From Lama glama (taxonomy: Eukaryota): DNA of 64,000 bases. Positions 42,230 to 55,150 of this stretch are shown here, in pieces. Position 1 is the stretch's first letter; each line of letters begins with the position of its first letter. The stretch covers positions 59,398,001-59,462,000 of the forward strand of contig CM052816.1 of the NCBI GenBank assembly GCA_028534125.1, in the 5' to 3' direction. Under the pieces are notes generated by a model that had not been told where the DNA came from, did no database searches, and saw only the letters and a program-made list of their open reading frames with translations. The position numbers and the translations under genes were made by a program.

Positions 42230-42640
42230 GTGAGCACAAGCACTGGGCTTCACACTCAGATGGTTGTCCCCACTGGTGCCTAGAGATTTTTTAACTTTCA
42301 GCAAGTTACTGAAACCTCTCTGTACCACTTTATCATCTATGAGGCAGATGCAATAAGCAAATTTACACCTCAGAGGGTTATTACGAGGATTAAAGAAAAT
42401 TATTTATACAAAGATTTAGCTCTATGCTCGCTAATTAGAGCTTACTATAATTAACACCAACAGAGTGATCACGAAGGGCCAGGCACAGTCCTTCGAGTTT
42501 GGCACATATCAATTCATTAATGCTTACACCCATCCTAGGTACAATTATTATCTCCATTTTACAGATGGGAAAACATGCACAGAGAAGTTAAATGATTTGT
42601 CTTAAGTTCCACAGCTAGTAAATTGCAGCCATGGTCTTAA
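42230..42640. mobile_element. Two adjacent MIR fragments in opposite orientation
   Basis: ~42230-42440 is minus-like (GCAAGTTACTGAAACCTCTCTG...GAGGGTTATTACGAGGATTAAAG). ~42470-42640 is plus-like (TCTCCATTTTACAGATGGGAAAAC...CACAGCTAGTAAATTGCAG). Confidence 0.65.
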
Positions 42641-42721
42641 GAGCAGTATTATTACTACCACCATTACTACTACCATTACTATTAGTATTGAATGCCACTT
42701 CCTGTCACTTATATAATTCAT

Positions 42722-42886
42722 AGTCAATATCCTGTAGTAATCTATAACGAAAAAAATATGAAAAGGAATATATGTATGTATATGTATGACTGAAACATTA
42801 TCCTGTACACCAGAAATTGATGCAACATTGTAAACTGACTATACTTCAATTTAAAAAAATAGAAAAAATTAAAAAAAAAAAAAAAA
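42722..42886 (+). mobile_element. 5'-truncated L1 3' end with poly(A), cetartiodactyl/camelid type
   Basis: TATATGTATGACTGAAACATTATCCTGTACACCAGAAATTGATGCAACATTGTAAACTGACTATACTTCAAT followed by an A-rich tail. Confidence 0.85.
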
Positions 42887-45800
42887 CCAGAACACTTGTC
42901 AGGAATTTTCTTTTGCACTGCTTCTAAGTGCTGCAAAGTGTACTAAAAGAATCCTGAAGTTAGCCAAAATAAAACTAGTCTCTGCTGTTTCTTTAACTCC
43001 TTTTCAAGGTAAATTGACGGACAGATAAGGGCTGCTTGTGGACTTTGCCCATCTAGTCCTGGAGGCAGAGGGTGGCTCTAGAGAGGTCCGGGCAAGAGAG
43101 ACCTGGGAGGGGCCAGGGCTGTGGGAGAGGGTGGTGTGAGGCAGGGGGTGGAGTCAGGGGACAACATTCCTCTCAGGCAGGGTTTGGTGGCTGCTCCCTA
43201 GCTGGCCTCAAAGAGAAAAGTTGACAGCACTAACGCAACCCTGCAGGGACTGAAGGCAGCTGCGTCCTCTGTTATAGTCCTAACTCTTGGGGCTGAGCCC
43301 CGGGTTTGGGTCTGGATCACTGGGGGCGTCCAGCGAGGAAGGAAAGAGGCAAAGCACTCCCGCCAGGCACCGCACTGCATTCACCCGCTCTGCCCACTGG
43401 TGGAGTCTCCTCACACTTCTGCCAGAACCCTGTGACTTCAATGCTCTCTGCGGTGACTGTTAACATGAAAACTATATTGACTACATGTGCCTGTGGGTAC
43501 GTATTCAATTTACTTTAAGGAGAACAATGCTGGGAGGATAAAATCTCCAAAGATGCTTTGATAGTAGGATTTTTTTTTAATTTAGCAAAAGATATACTAT
43601 ATTCATTTTATTCTTTCAAATAAGCAAACAAACAAAAAAACCCTAACATCACTCCAACAGACACATTTAGGAGTAATTACATAGTCTATTTTCAGCTCAT
43701 TTGGCATAATGTACATGAAATGGTCTTTAATTGCCACTCTTTTAAGCAAATAATTCCAATAAGCGCTGGCAGAATCATGGCAGGTAATCACATTAGGGTG
43801 TAGGTGGAGGAGGCAGGAGGAAAAAAGCAGTCAATAGCACAAATATTTTAAAAATTAATTACAACCTAAGTTTTTTATTAAAAGCTCTTATATAATTTAT
43901 ATCATGCCTTCTAAGGTAAAAACTAAGTGATAACCCCTTCCTTCCAGGGATAAGTAACTTCTTGTCTTCTGAGGGCTTCACTAAGATGCTCCCGTCTCTT
44001 GCCTTCCTTGGCAAATCCCTGTGTCTTCCAAAAGATGAAGAGCTGTGGGGAGCCCACCTAAAATATAGAATGTACTGCAAAAAGCACTTCCCTTTTTCTT
44101 CTGCAATGTGTACACCTCAATTGTGGGAGTATTAAAAGCAAAACACGAAATGCAAACATTATCTCGGCTTTCTATATTCTACTTGACCATGAAATCATTT
44201 TTTTCCAACCTCCTCATTTATCATCTCTTTATTCAATAAAACCCATTTTGCCTATCACAAAATGCAAACACAATGCAAGTTGAACTAGAACTGTTACTGT
44301 TTTAATGAGCATGTGGGCCATCTTTCTGAGTGGATGCCTTTTTAGAATACTCCCTTGAACCACCTGAGAAAAAAAGAAGATTTTTGACCAACATACTAGC
44401 CTAAGAATTACACACAGTCATGGAAGATTTTAATTAAAGGTCTGGGCAACACTTTTAACACAAAATTTGCATATGGGGAGCAGGCTTGTGCTGAAGATAC
44501 AAAACCCTTCAAAAATAGCCGAGGTGCACTTAACATTTACAGCAGATAAATGCATACTACCATCACCATGTCAATATTCATCACTTGTGACTTATTGTAT
44601 GACTTGTTTCCCAAAACCAACTTTATGCTGTGGGGCCTTACTGTTCTTAATAAATTTAAATTTCAAGAAATAACTATAGAAAGACAATATAATTAATCAA
44701 TGGGAAGTGAAATGCTTTTTCATACTGGCCATTAGCATCACAGAGGTGAAAAAAGAGTGATATCATTTTACAAAAGCAGATAAAATAGCAGATAGTAGTG
44801 TGTACAATGTAAATATCTGTTATGCAATTGACAAGCACAGGTCCCAAATCAAGATGAAAGTTACAAAGCAAATGCACATCACACTTTGAAAGGCAATATC
44901 AGATACATAAAACTTTCTTACAATCACAAAAACCTGTACACTTTAAGGAAAAAAGTTCAGCTGTCTAGTTGCTAGCTGCAATTGGCATATGAAACTGAAG
45001 AGGCCAGCAGTGACATAACCCAACACTTCTGCAAGGCAGGGAGCCTCCTCCACTGGCCTTTCCAGTTTAAACCTTGATTTTGAACCAAGCACACCTTTCC
45101 AAACTTTAGAGGGATTCTCTAAATCATCTAGGGTGATTTCCTTTGTAATGTCAAAAACACTTCCTCTTCAAGTTGAAGTAACTTTAGTCCCTAAGAAAAC
45201 TATCACCTACTGCTTTTTAAAAACTATTTCAAGAACAGTGCAATCTACCAAAATATTATGGGCAGGAGGGTGCCTTTTTTTTTTTTCTTTTTCAAAGATG
45301 TGTGTGGCCTCCTGGGCAAAAGTCACCAAATTCCCAGTGATTTGCACCACTACTGATAGCCTGCCTCAGAAATAAACGTGTCCCTTTGCCAGCTAATACT
45401 TAACCTCTTTAAAGTTATCAAATGCAGCATAAGCTAATGAAACATTAAAAACCCATTCCACATAACACCTGGGTCACTAACTTCGTGAATGTCCCACCTA
45501 ACAACTAAAACTCCAACCTCATCGCACTGAAATGACAATCTTATGCTACATTCAAAACCCGGAACTGCTTCATCCATTCGTACTTCGTACTGACTGACAA
45601 AGAGGAAAAAACTAGGGGGGTGGAGGGGGAGACCTTATCGCTTCTAAAGTCATAAAACCCCAAAATAAAGAGTCAGCTCATACTCAGATACCAATAGCGC
45701 TACAGCTCCACCAGGGATTAACGGTAAAAGTGAGACCTTTCTGGTATTAACTGCGCCCAGACAAGAATCTTCCCAAATCCAGTTCACACACATTCTGCAT

Positions 45801-46776
45801 TCAACATGTAACAGCCATTCCGCTCACACCCTTACATTTCATGCTAGAATTCTGGTTACCAAAATACATTTCTGCACTCGAGTGGCTGGCCTGAGCTTTC
45901 CTGTTCTCTTTGTCTTGTGATCTGCGGGGCAGTTTCTGCCCTTGGGAAGTGAGCGTGAGAGCTGTGGTTTCCAGACAATTCCCCACGATCTCTCAGCACG
46001 GGCTTGCACGCTCTCTCGCTCTCTCTAGCCGGCTCCATATTGCCGGGCAAGTCCCTCCAGTCTCACCCCGGGTCACAAAAAGCTGGATTTCGGGCTGTTC
46101 CCAAGACCACATTAAATATGCCTCCAGTAACCTGCCCGGGCCCGGCCGGCACCACACGCCGGGTTAGGGCCACAGGGACCCGCCGCCCCGAGGCGCACTT
46201 CCCCCACCCCGGAAGAGGAGGGAAGCAAACTTCGGAGGGCGGGGGCTGGGGGCGAGCTCCGGGGACCCCACCGCCCCGCCCGCCCCGGGGAAGGGCCCGG
46301 GCAGCCACCCGGGTGCAGCCGGAGGCGCGGAGGAAGGCAACGCTCCTAAACGCTAACGCAAAGGCAGCGGCCAGGGCGCTCTCCTCTGATGAAGGGCCCC
46401 GGAAAACGGCAGCAAGGTGACGGTAGGCACCCTTAGAAGTGTACGGCAACGGAGGGGTGGCAGAAGCCCGAGGTCGCCTGCAACTGCGGGGACGAATGCA
46501 CCCGGCGGCGTGCACAATCACCTCGGAAGACGACCGGGGAAACGGGAGCCGGGAAGTGGCCGAGAGCAAGCAGGACGCCGGCCGCGAGGGGGGCCCGCGG
46601 CTGCCCGGCGGGCAGGAGATGCAGGCGGCCGTGAGAACAGCGGGCGGCCCACCTTCCTCGGCTCCGCTGAGCAGGAGAAGCGACTGCTGGTGACAGGAAG
46701 AGAGCGGCGGTAGCCGCGCGCGCACACACCGCCTCCCCCTCCAGGGCACACACCCGGACCCGCTGCCGCCGCCTAC

Positions 46777-46990
46777 CTCCCCAGCCGGCTGGCTTCCTTC
46801 CTCAGCGGGGCCCAGGCTGCAGCGGCGGCCTCCTGCGCGCACGGCTTCGACGTGCCCCTGACCCGACTCCGACCCAACGGCCGTTCCCAACCCGAGCTTG
46901 CTGTCTCCGACCCGCTTGTCTGCCGCCCCGGCTGCGGGCGCTGCTTCCTCCAACTCCGCTCCAGCTGCTGGCGACTCCTCTCTCCGTGCG
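46777..46990 (-). other. PIK3R1: PIK3R1 non-coding exon 1 (5' end approximate)
   Basis: Minus strand reads GGAGTCGCCAGCAGCTGGAGCGGAGTTGGAGGAAGCAGC...GAGGAAGGAAGCCAGCCGGCTGGGGAG|GTAGGC, with donor GT at 46776-46775. It resembles my recollection of the mammalian PIK3R1 mRNA leader, which continues GAG|GTGAAGC into exon 2. It contains no ATG and lies inside the CpG island. Confidence 0.78.
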
Positions 46991-47014
46991 CCCGCAGCTC
47001 CAGCGCCAGACGCC

Positions 47015-47090
47015 GGCCCCGCCCCCGGCCCCTCCCCGCGAGTCCCGCCCCCGGGCCCGCACCAACCAGCGCCCGCGTCTCCGCCCCTCT
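47015..47090 (-). promoter_or_regulatory. Cluster of GC boxes (Sp/KLF) in a TATA-less core promoter
   Basis: CCCCGCCCCC (47017-47026), CCCGCCCCC (47044-47052) and CTCCGCCCCT (~47079-47088) lie just upstream of exon 1. Confidence 0.7.
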
Positions 47091-49024
47091 CCGCTGGCAC
47101 CGCGCCCTCCGCCGCTGCCATTCACAGAGCCGGCTTCCGAGCCGGCGGCCGGCGGGGCGGAGCTTCGGCCTTACGGACCCTTCCTGCCTTCGCGCTCGCC
47201 TTCCGCCCTCCAGCCCCGGGGATACCCTGGGCGGCCGAGCAGAGCGCTCTGGTCTGCGCCCGCCTGCGGCCAAGCCAGCTGCTGGGAGTCACCGGGACCA
47301 GAGGCAATGAGGCTGGGGGAGATCGACAAGTTCAGACTTAGAGGCTGCGTCTTTAATCGGAGTGAATAAACAAACCCCAGCCCTTTTCGAGCCCCCAGGG
47401 CCCTAGCAGAGTGGCTGGGGCGGGGAGGACTCGGATTCCAGGCTCGCCAAAGAGGGGAGGCCCTGCAATTCCCGGCCTCGCTAGCACAGCCACGGGAGTG
47501 GGCGGGAAAACCACGCCACCCCGCGTGGCGCCAGGGGGTGAAGGAGCGGTGAAAGGGTGAACCGGACGGACGAGCGCCCGCAGCCTGCCGCAAACTCCAG
47601 GAGCCTGGCACCGCCGCCACCCGGAGTCGGGCGGGCCTGCCAGAAGGGCACAGAGTTTTACGAGGAGGGCGCACGTTGTCTGATCCCTCCCAGTCCTGAG
47701 ATGACAGAGCGAATGTAGGTTGCTCAGGCAGACCTCGGCCCCCCTGGTTGTTCGTGTGGTCGGTGGAGGAAGCTCACGTGAACTGTATGGTCCCTTAAAT
47801 TTGTTAGTTTTCAAATGCAGATTCTTCAGCTAGTAGTCATTACTTAAGTTGCTCAAGAAAAATCTGTTGTTGTTCAAACCTTCCGCTGACGGTAGGATAG
47901 GATGCCAGCACCCTGTGTTCCTCTTTCGCCCATTAAAACATTTAAGAGTCCGCTTTTTAAAAAAGCTCTTCCCAGATTCCTCCTTCTGCGGTTTTGAGAC
48001 CTGCACCCGCCCAACCTACTTGCCCTAAAGCCCTTTTCCCAATTTCCTTGCAAGAATATTACTTATTTTTTTTAACCAAGCACTTAGACTTAAACTTTGA
48101 ATTTGGTGATTTATTTCTCTGGGCGTTGGAAATAGAGGAAAGAATATTCTGAAATTTATTGACTGTCCTTAGGAAATGTGATCATTTGTAGAGGTGACTC
48201 ACATTCTAACTGACAAGTTAGTTCTACTTCAGCTTATTCAGACCCTGACGTTTTTGTTATTCAAACATGTTTCTTGAAGTGGAGATACAAAAGTAGACAG
48301 CTACCTAAATGTTTAAGACTCTCACTTTATCTAAAGTAAATATGAAGTTTACCAAGCTACCTCATTCCCTCCCTACATTACACGTGAAATGTAGGACCTC
48401 ATGTATTTTTTGTCTGAGCTTTGTAAATGAAATGAGGTGTCTCACCCTGTGACAGAATTACTCTGATTCAGTCCAGTAAGCTGAGACGTAATTGCTGTGA
48501 TGTTTGCCGTATTTCCTTCAGGCTTGGATCTGAAGAAACCTCACTAGCTGCCTCCTTTTACACAGGATGAGTTCCTGGAAAGACACTTAGGTGCTGCTAC
48601 AGTGGGGTTCTCTTCCTCCCAAGCCTAAAAACAGCATGAAATCTTTAATCAAGCTTCCTTTTCTAGACAGCCTTCAGCAAATTATTTCCAGTATATGTGG
48701 TATTTTCTGAAATCGTTTCTATCATATTTCAACATATAAGTCCAAAGAGTGTTGCATGGAAGGTCAATAAGAGTTTCCATAAACCGAATCATTTTTGTCT
48801 TTGTTTTATCTCTATTGAATTGGTAACTCCCTGCCATAACACTAACATTCAAATTTTTATTTACTTTCATTTTCTATTAATTTCTATGAACTAAGAAAAG
48901 CAAAAAGTACCAAAACCACCATATTCAAACTTAAAAAAAAACTTTTTCTTTAATAAAATTTTACCTGGATTCCCAAAATGTAACTGCTAGAGAAGCCATG
49001 TGATGAGACCAAGGGAGTCTCTAG

Positions 49025-49175
49025 GTCTTTGGACCAGCCATGGCATTACCTCCTGGGCACTTGTTGGACATGCAGATTCTCTCTTTACTGAATCAGGCAT
49101 GCTGGGGATGGAGCCTATGGATCTACTTTAATATGCCTTCCAAGTAGCACACTAGGGTTTGAGAACCACTGCTCC
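49025..49175 (+). mobile_element. MER5A-like hAT-Charlie MITE
   Basis: CTTGTTGGACATGCAGATTCT...TACTGAATCAG...GTTTGAGAACCACTG. Confidence 0.75.
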
Positions 49176-49599
49176 AGGCCTAGGGCATCTGGGAACACAA
49201 ACTGAAACCACTGCAATAAAATGCTCAAATATGTGCGCACACAGTACTGTTCAACCAGTAACAGCCAAACTGCCTGGCAGGCAGTGCCACCGTCAAAGAA
49301 CTCAAAATATCAGAGCACGTATGGTTTGCCAAAGGGAGGGGGTTGTCACTTATGACCGGTGACAGTAAAGGTGGCTCGGAAGGCAGACCATGGGAAACAA
49401 GGGCCACTGAAAGCCCTTCAGTGACCACATCAGGCTGAGAAGTACTCTCCCCAAAGAAGACCAGTAGGACGTTCTCCTATACCACTATCACGCCAGCTAC
49501 TTCATTAACATGAGTGCTAGGACAAGCTTCCATTAGACCTGAAACCTAAGTCTGTGGTTTAGAGCTCAAAATCAACATAAAATAAAAACAAAAGTCTTT

Positions 49600-49940
49600 G
49601 AGCCCTCAAAGAGAGATCCATAGACTAGCAGCGTGGGCACAGAGGAGCTTGTTAGACATGCAGAATCCCAGACCCAGCAGGCTGAATCACAATCTGCCAT
49701 TTCACAAGGTCCCCAGATGACTCATATGCAAGTTAAACTTTGAGATACTCTTAAACAGGGGTCCTCAATTTTCGTTACACATTGGAAGTTGCCAAGGGGG
49801 GGCTTATAAAAATCCCAGTGCCTGGATCACACACCAGGTGGATTATATCAAACTCTTTAGGAGCTGGAACACAGGCATCAGTAACTTTTAAAGTTCCTCA
49901 TGTGATTCCAATGTCTGAAGCCAGATTTAAGAACTACTGT
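49600..49940. mobile_element. Two adjacent MER5-family MITEs
   Basis: GAGCTTGTTAGACATGCAGAATCCCAG...CAAGGTCCCCAGATGACTC (49600-49750), then CAGGGGTCCTCAA...GGCATCAGTAACTTTTAAAGTTCCTCATGTGATTCCAATG...TTTAAGAACTACTG (49756-49940). Confidence 0.7.
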
Positions 49941-51369
49941 CTTGAGGGATCCAGGTAGGAAAGGTACAATCAGGAAAGCCAACTGGAGAGAGACTGGAGC
50001 CTAAATGGCTGGTCTTAAATGGGGGCAGCTGGTACTAGAGTTTAGCTGACTGTTCGCCACACAGGAATGAGAGCCCAGATTTGCTAGACCTTCCAATTTT
50101 CAAAGAGAAGCTGGAAATCCACATTTTTTATGGGTAATTTCCCAATTATTAAATGCTGGCAATTCATTCAACATTTTTTGAGAGCTGGGTTAGGGCACAG
50201 AAGCGTTATGACCACCAGTTTATGGTTTTATGATGCTGTACATCATAAAATTAAGTGGGCCTAAAGGAAAAGAAAAAGAAAAAAAAAAAAAAAAGGAAGG
50301 ACACCCAAGAAGAGAACCAGCTTGTTCGAAGGTCAAACTGTTCATCTCAAGACTCATGTATTCTGAATCTTCTGCTCTCTACAATACCAAACGCTACAGG
50401 CATTCAGTAACTGCACATTGGTAATGGGTGAGATACCAGTGCTGCTGGCAACCCCGGAGCAAAATACTCTGGAGTCTTGCCCCTTATTTTTATTTTCCCT
50501 ATCTCCTGCCCTGATAACTGAAATGGGAGAAAAATCTATCTGTGTATTAGTTAGCTTAAAATTTTCCACTTTCTGTGAGTTAACCAGGTTAAATACATAT
50601 TAAGCAAAACATGAAAAAAATTATTGGCTAAACAGAGTAAGAATTCAAAAGGCCAACAGTTCTAGAATTCTCATTTGGTTGTTTTTGAGCTTGTACATAC
50701 TGTTAACCATGCTGAAGGATTAGAAGGAGAGGCAGCTTCCTGATCGGACCCCGAGAGCACGTCAGATCGTAATCACCTATACTCGGAGTTCTCTTGTCAT
50801 ATCTATGGTCTGGGCATTCTTATCTCTTTCAGCTCTTCTGTCCTCCTACTTTGAGAATAAGACTAAAGAAATCAACTAGCATGAGATGGAAGACAATGAG
50901 CCACATTAGTGATAGTTTCAGTTAGTTCTACTCAGTATCTGCTCTTAAAATCCCCTGTAATAAGAAGCTGGACTTTTTTTAAAAAAAAAAGTTACAATAC
51001 AATCTCAGTTAATAAAATATGAAACATACAGAGAACACTTTGTGTAGTTATTTTCTGGACTGCAAGGGCCACTTTTATTTTTGTACAACTTCACCAACTA
51101 CGAGACTTCTGGTACATAGAGGACACTCAATAATGGAGAAAGGTCTGGAGGGTGAAAAGGAGCTCAATGCGAAATTCTTGTATTTGTGACTGTTAAAGCA
51201 ACAGAAGGCAAGAGCTGTTCAGACAGAACTCTGAGGGTCTGATTAAGTCAGAGGCAGAACCAAGGACAGAGCAACAGGACGACCCATGCTGCCCATCCAC
51301 AAGTAGTGTGAAAACATTACCCAGCATGGAGCAACTGGAAAGCTTTGTGCAAGGAAAAATGAACCTTGA

Positions 51370-52015
51370 CGCTGGTAACCCCCCATATAAAAAACTGACT
51401 GGAAATGGATCACAGACCTACATGTAGTTGAGCTTTGACCTACAAATGTCTGAAAGAGAATACAGGTTTAGAAAAGATTGCCTACATATTAGGACAGAGA
51501 AAGCATGAATTATAAAAGAAAATCAATCAATTGGATATTATCAAAATTGGAAAACTTTACTCCTCAAAAAATACTGTTGTGAAAATTAAAAGCCACATCT
51601 TGGAGAAAATATTTGCAAAATATATATACAACAAAGGACTTATTCAGAATACGTTAGGAACTCTCACCATATAATAACTTTAAAAAGCAAACAACAGTTT
51701 TTAAAAATGGACAAAAGATTTATGTGAACACTTTATCCAAGAATATATATGGATGGCAAATAAGCTCATCATCTTTAGTTATTAGGGAAATGCAAATTAA
51801 AACCACAATGAGAAGGAATTCATTCAATTAGATACTTGTGTGCAATGTTCATAACAGCATTGTTCACAAGAGCCCAAAGCTGGAAACTACACGTGTTCAT
51901 GAAGAGACAAATGAGTGAACAAAATGTGGTACTGACAAACAATGAAATATTATTTGGCCATAAAAAGGAATGAAGTGCTGATACATGCTACAATGTAGGT
52001 AAACCTCAAAAACAT
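51370..52015 (+). mobile_element. Old L1 (L1M) fragment, degenerate ORF2 3' region
   Basis: AAATGGATCACAGACCTA...GAGAAAATATTTGCAAAA...TTAGGGAAATGCAAATTAAAACCACAATGAGA...GCCATAAAAAGGAATGAAGTGCTGATACATGCTACAA. No intact ORF. Confidence 0.88.
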
Positions 52016-53365
52016 TCAGCGTACATGGTGGTGGGGAGGCTGGAGGATAGTTTCAGCCTGGCTTTGGAAAACCTTACTGAAGTTTCCCAGATATCAAATG
52101 GAGCACCCCTCCCTAGTGAGCAGAGCGATTCTATGCCCTACCTCAGGAACATTCTTCCTGTACTGTCCTGCTCTTACTCCCTGACTTCCCTTTGTGTAGA
52201 CTCCATGAAGCTACCTTACTTGATTAAAATTCTTTTACAAAGCTTACAGTGCACCCAGTTAGGGTTCAGCTTCCTGGGCTACCATCACATTCTAGTCCTG
52301 CCTCTTAGACACCAAAATAACCACCTGGTTTAGACTTGGGTGATGCAAGATTTCCTCCATCACCACTGACAGACTCTCTGTCTCTCTCAGACTGATTTAT
52401 CATGTATTCACTGTTAACATGGATTTCTTATTCACAGAGTTACCTTTTCCCAAAGTTCTAGAGCCATCTTCCTCCAACAAAAGCAACCCACTTAGATCGA
52501 TACGCATGTGTCAGTTAAGCTAAGGAAGCAATTCTGAAGCATTCTACTATTTTGTTTTAATTTAAAATGGGCTTGCATTTGAAAAGTAACAAGAAGTGTA
52601 AATATGATGAAAAGCCAGTTAATAAACTATATTTCTTGGTAATTCAACACACTGAAAATTTAGCCCATAGTGGATTTAATCCTACACCCAAGCTTTGAGA
52701 GCTGGCGCAAATTGTGAGGGTGCTGTTACAGCTGCCTGGGCGAAAGGATTTGCTTAAAGATGCTCACGTTGGCACAGCCAGCATAAAAATTAAGGGCAAA
52801 GTCACACCGATAGATAATGAGCCCTTTATCAAGGAAACTCTGTTGGACAATCTCACTGCTCAGAAAAAATTTTCAAAAGAAACCCCAGCCTTTGTTCCCT
52901 CCGCTGGAGGAGGTCCAGAACTGTCAGCACTTCTGACAAAACCGAGCCCCGAGTATTCAGACAGCCTCATGGAATAAAGGAAACCCATTCGCATCAGCCT
53001 CCCCCATCCAGCTCCTACCACACAGCCTTTTCTCTGAGTCTTGACAAGCTGTGTGTGTTGAGAAAATGCTTTAGGACAGGTAAGGTGGTATTCTGACAGT
53101 ACCAATTTTTCTAAAATGGGCTAGCATCTTTGGCTGGGTGGCTGGATCCCAATATTAACCAAGATTTCCTTTCTTCACTTATGAATAAAATGCATTTTGA
53201 AGGAATGACTACTTATAATTTAGGATGGTTTGTAGGTTACTCACTTCTTTAACCTATAATATGTTTGAAAAATCTATCTCACGTTTTCTGCTTTAAGGGA
53301 GCTGTGCATCTGCTGGCTTTTATATTGGAGTTTGGTATTTAAAGAGGATTTTGTGTTTTATTAAA

Positions 53366-53428
53366 GAGGACATGCAGAGAATAAAAGAGGAATTTCCACA
53401 AATAAGGAAATGCCTTCTGCTTCACTGC
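53366..53428 (+). repeat. 63-bp dispersed direct repeat, copy 1 (copy 2 at 60038-60100)
   Basis: GAGGACATGCAGAGAATAAAAGAGGAATTTCCACAAATAAGGAAA[T/C]GCCTTCTGCTTCACTGC; 62/63 identical. Confidence 0.95.
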
Positions 53429-53439
53429 TTCACTTTGAC

Positions 53440-53620
53440 ATGAATTATTTTATGTGAGGCATCAGCCCTGGAGTGTGGGCAGAGCATGCATTGTGATTTC
53501 CATTTTACAGATGAAGAAACAGACTCAGGAAGGCTGTGTGATGTAACCTGGGTCTCAGAGATGAGGAGAGGCAGAATGAAATCTCCACTGGGCCTTTCTG
53601 ACTCTAGGAATACAGCACGT
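53440..53620 (+). mobile_element. MIR SINE
   Basis: TCCATTTTACAGATGAAGAAACAGACTCAG. Confidence 0.7.
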
Positions 53621-53869
53621 GCTGCCTTGTTGTTCAGTGATACCTCCTTATCCTGACCCGGTGATATGCCATTTGAGGCAACTTTCAGTCTAACCATTCT
53701 AAGTATCAGCTAATCCAGCATCACCACAAGTCGAGGAGAAACTTTGAAAGGACCCAAAAGGATCTAGGCTGATCAACACAGAACTTCAGACCTGTGGGAG
53801 TGCCTCATCTCCCTTCCTGGATAATCCTGAATTACTGAGTTGGCAGGTGCCTTATGCATCTACTTTAAC

Positions 53870-54010
53870 TCTCTCGTTCTCAGAGAAGGAAACTGGGTCT
53901 CAGAGAAGTGAGGTAACTGTCTCTATGTTATGAAGTTACTTGATGCTTCAAGACACACAGCCAGTTAAGTGACAGAATCATGACAAAAACCTAAGTCTCC
54001 TAAATCCAGG
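53870..54010 (+). mobile_element. MIR SINE
   Basis: CAGAGAAGGAAACTGGGTCTCAGAGAAGTGAGGTAACT...CACACAGCCAGTTAAGTGACAGA. Confidence 0.65.
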
Positions 54011-54959
54011 CATAGGCCTCGCTGGTCTAGCCCGGGGCCTCACTGATACTATTCCGGTTTAGCGAGTGCTTGCTAAGTCCTTGCCAAATATAACAGGCAC
54101 CGCTGACTTACTGAAGACAAGATTTATGACTCGTATGCGTGATTACAGGTCTGTCAACAATGGCCTTGTAAAAGATTAATAATCTTGTACATAATTTAGG
54201 CACCTTGCCACATGAAAAACAGGAGGAACCGTGCAGGCCAATGATGCAATCTAAGGACAAAGCTGCTTTAAACCTGAAATGTTATGAAAGACTCCACCAC
54301 ACAATTCCACGGCAAAGAGCTGGAGATTCCAGCTATTTTTTCAGTTCGTGAATTCGAAGGAAAAAAAGAACATGCATGCACCTGTTTCCCAAATCGTCTA
54401 CCTGGCCATGAATGTTGGCAACCCCTCCCCCAACACCCCGAACCCCCCGTCCTTTCCACAAGCCATGCTGGACCCCATTAAAACTGTGTCCTAACGTTCC
54501 CCTCAGGCTGGGGGCATTCCCTCACCAATTCCCATGTAATACTAAAAACACAGTATTCCACCCATCACAAAGCTCAATTCTTAGACAGAGGTGGCTTTGC
54601 CAAGCCTTTCCTCGTTCATCCTTTCTCGGAAGGGGGTTCAGAAACTTCTGGGCTTACCAGCAGACTACCCTGCAGAAGGCTATAAGACCACACGTCAGGC
54701 TCAAAGTAGTATCATCCAAAGGAACATAAGAGCCAATAGTTTGAGGCAGGCCAAGTTCACATGCTTCTGCGCTAGGGAGACGCTCTGGAGATACTGACTG
54801 TTCACCAGGCGAGATTTCAGAAGAGGGGTCTCCCTACAGGGACAGGTTTTTCTTGACCTGGCAGGGAGTGGCTCTGGCCCTAAGTACCACTTTCCCGCAG
54901 AAGAGGTGGTTGGGGAAGCTCATCCACAGAAACATGGCACGTGGAAACAAAGAGGGAGA

Positions 54960-55150
54960 GTGATAACAGCTCACGGCACTTGTTATGAAACCTGCACAGG
55001 TTCAAGTGCTTTACACATATGCATTCACTCAGTCTCCACAGCCCCCTATGAGGCAGGTTTCGTGCCGTCTCTCTCACTTTACAGATAAAGAAACTGGGCA
55101 CAGAAAGTTTAGGGAGCCGGGAGAGCTGAACTTTGAACTCCAGCCACTAG
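54960..55150 (+). mobile_element. MIR SINE
   Basis: AAGTGCTTTACACATAT...CACTTTACAGATAAAGAAACTGGGCACAGA. Confidence 0.75.

Larger units (their letters stand above)
46080..47770. promoter_or_regulatory. CpG island / PIK3R1 promoter
   Basis: About 1.7 kb of very GC- and CpG-rich sequence, contrasting with CpG-depleted flanks. It spans exon 1. Confidence 0.92.

Noticed and set aside
46063..47121. 352-aa minus-strand ORF (MAAAEGAVPAERGG...) and overlapping 100-170 aa ORFs on both strands
   Set aside because: These lie in the CpG island, where stop codons are rare. Composition is low-complexity G/A/R/P with no domain. The long ORF runs through the exon 1 donor and starts upstream of the likely TSS.
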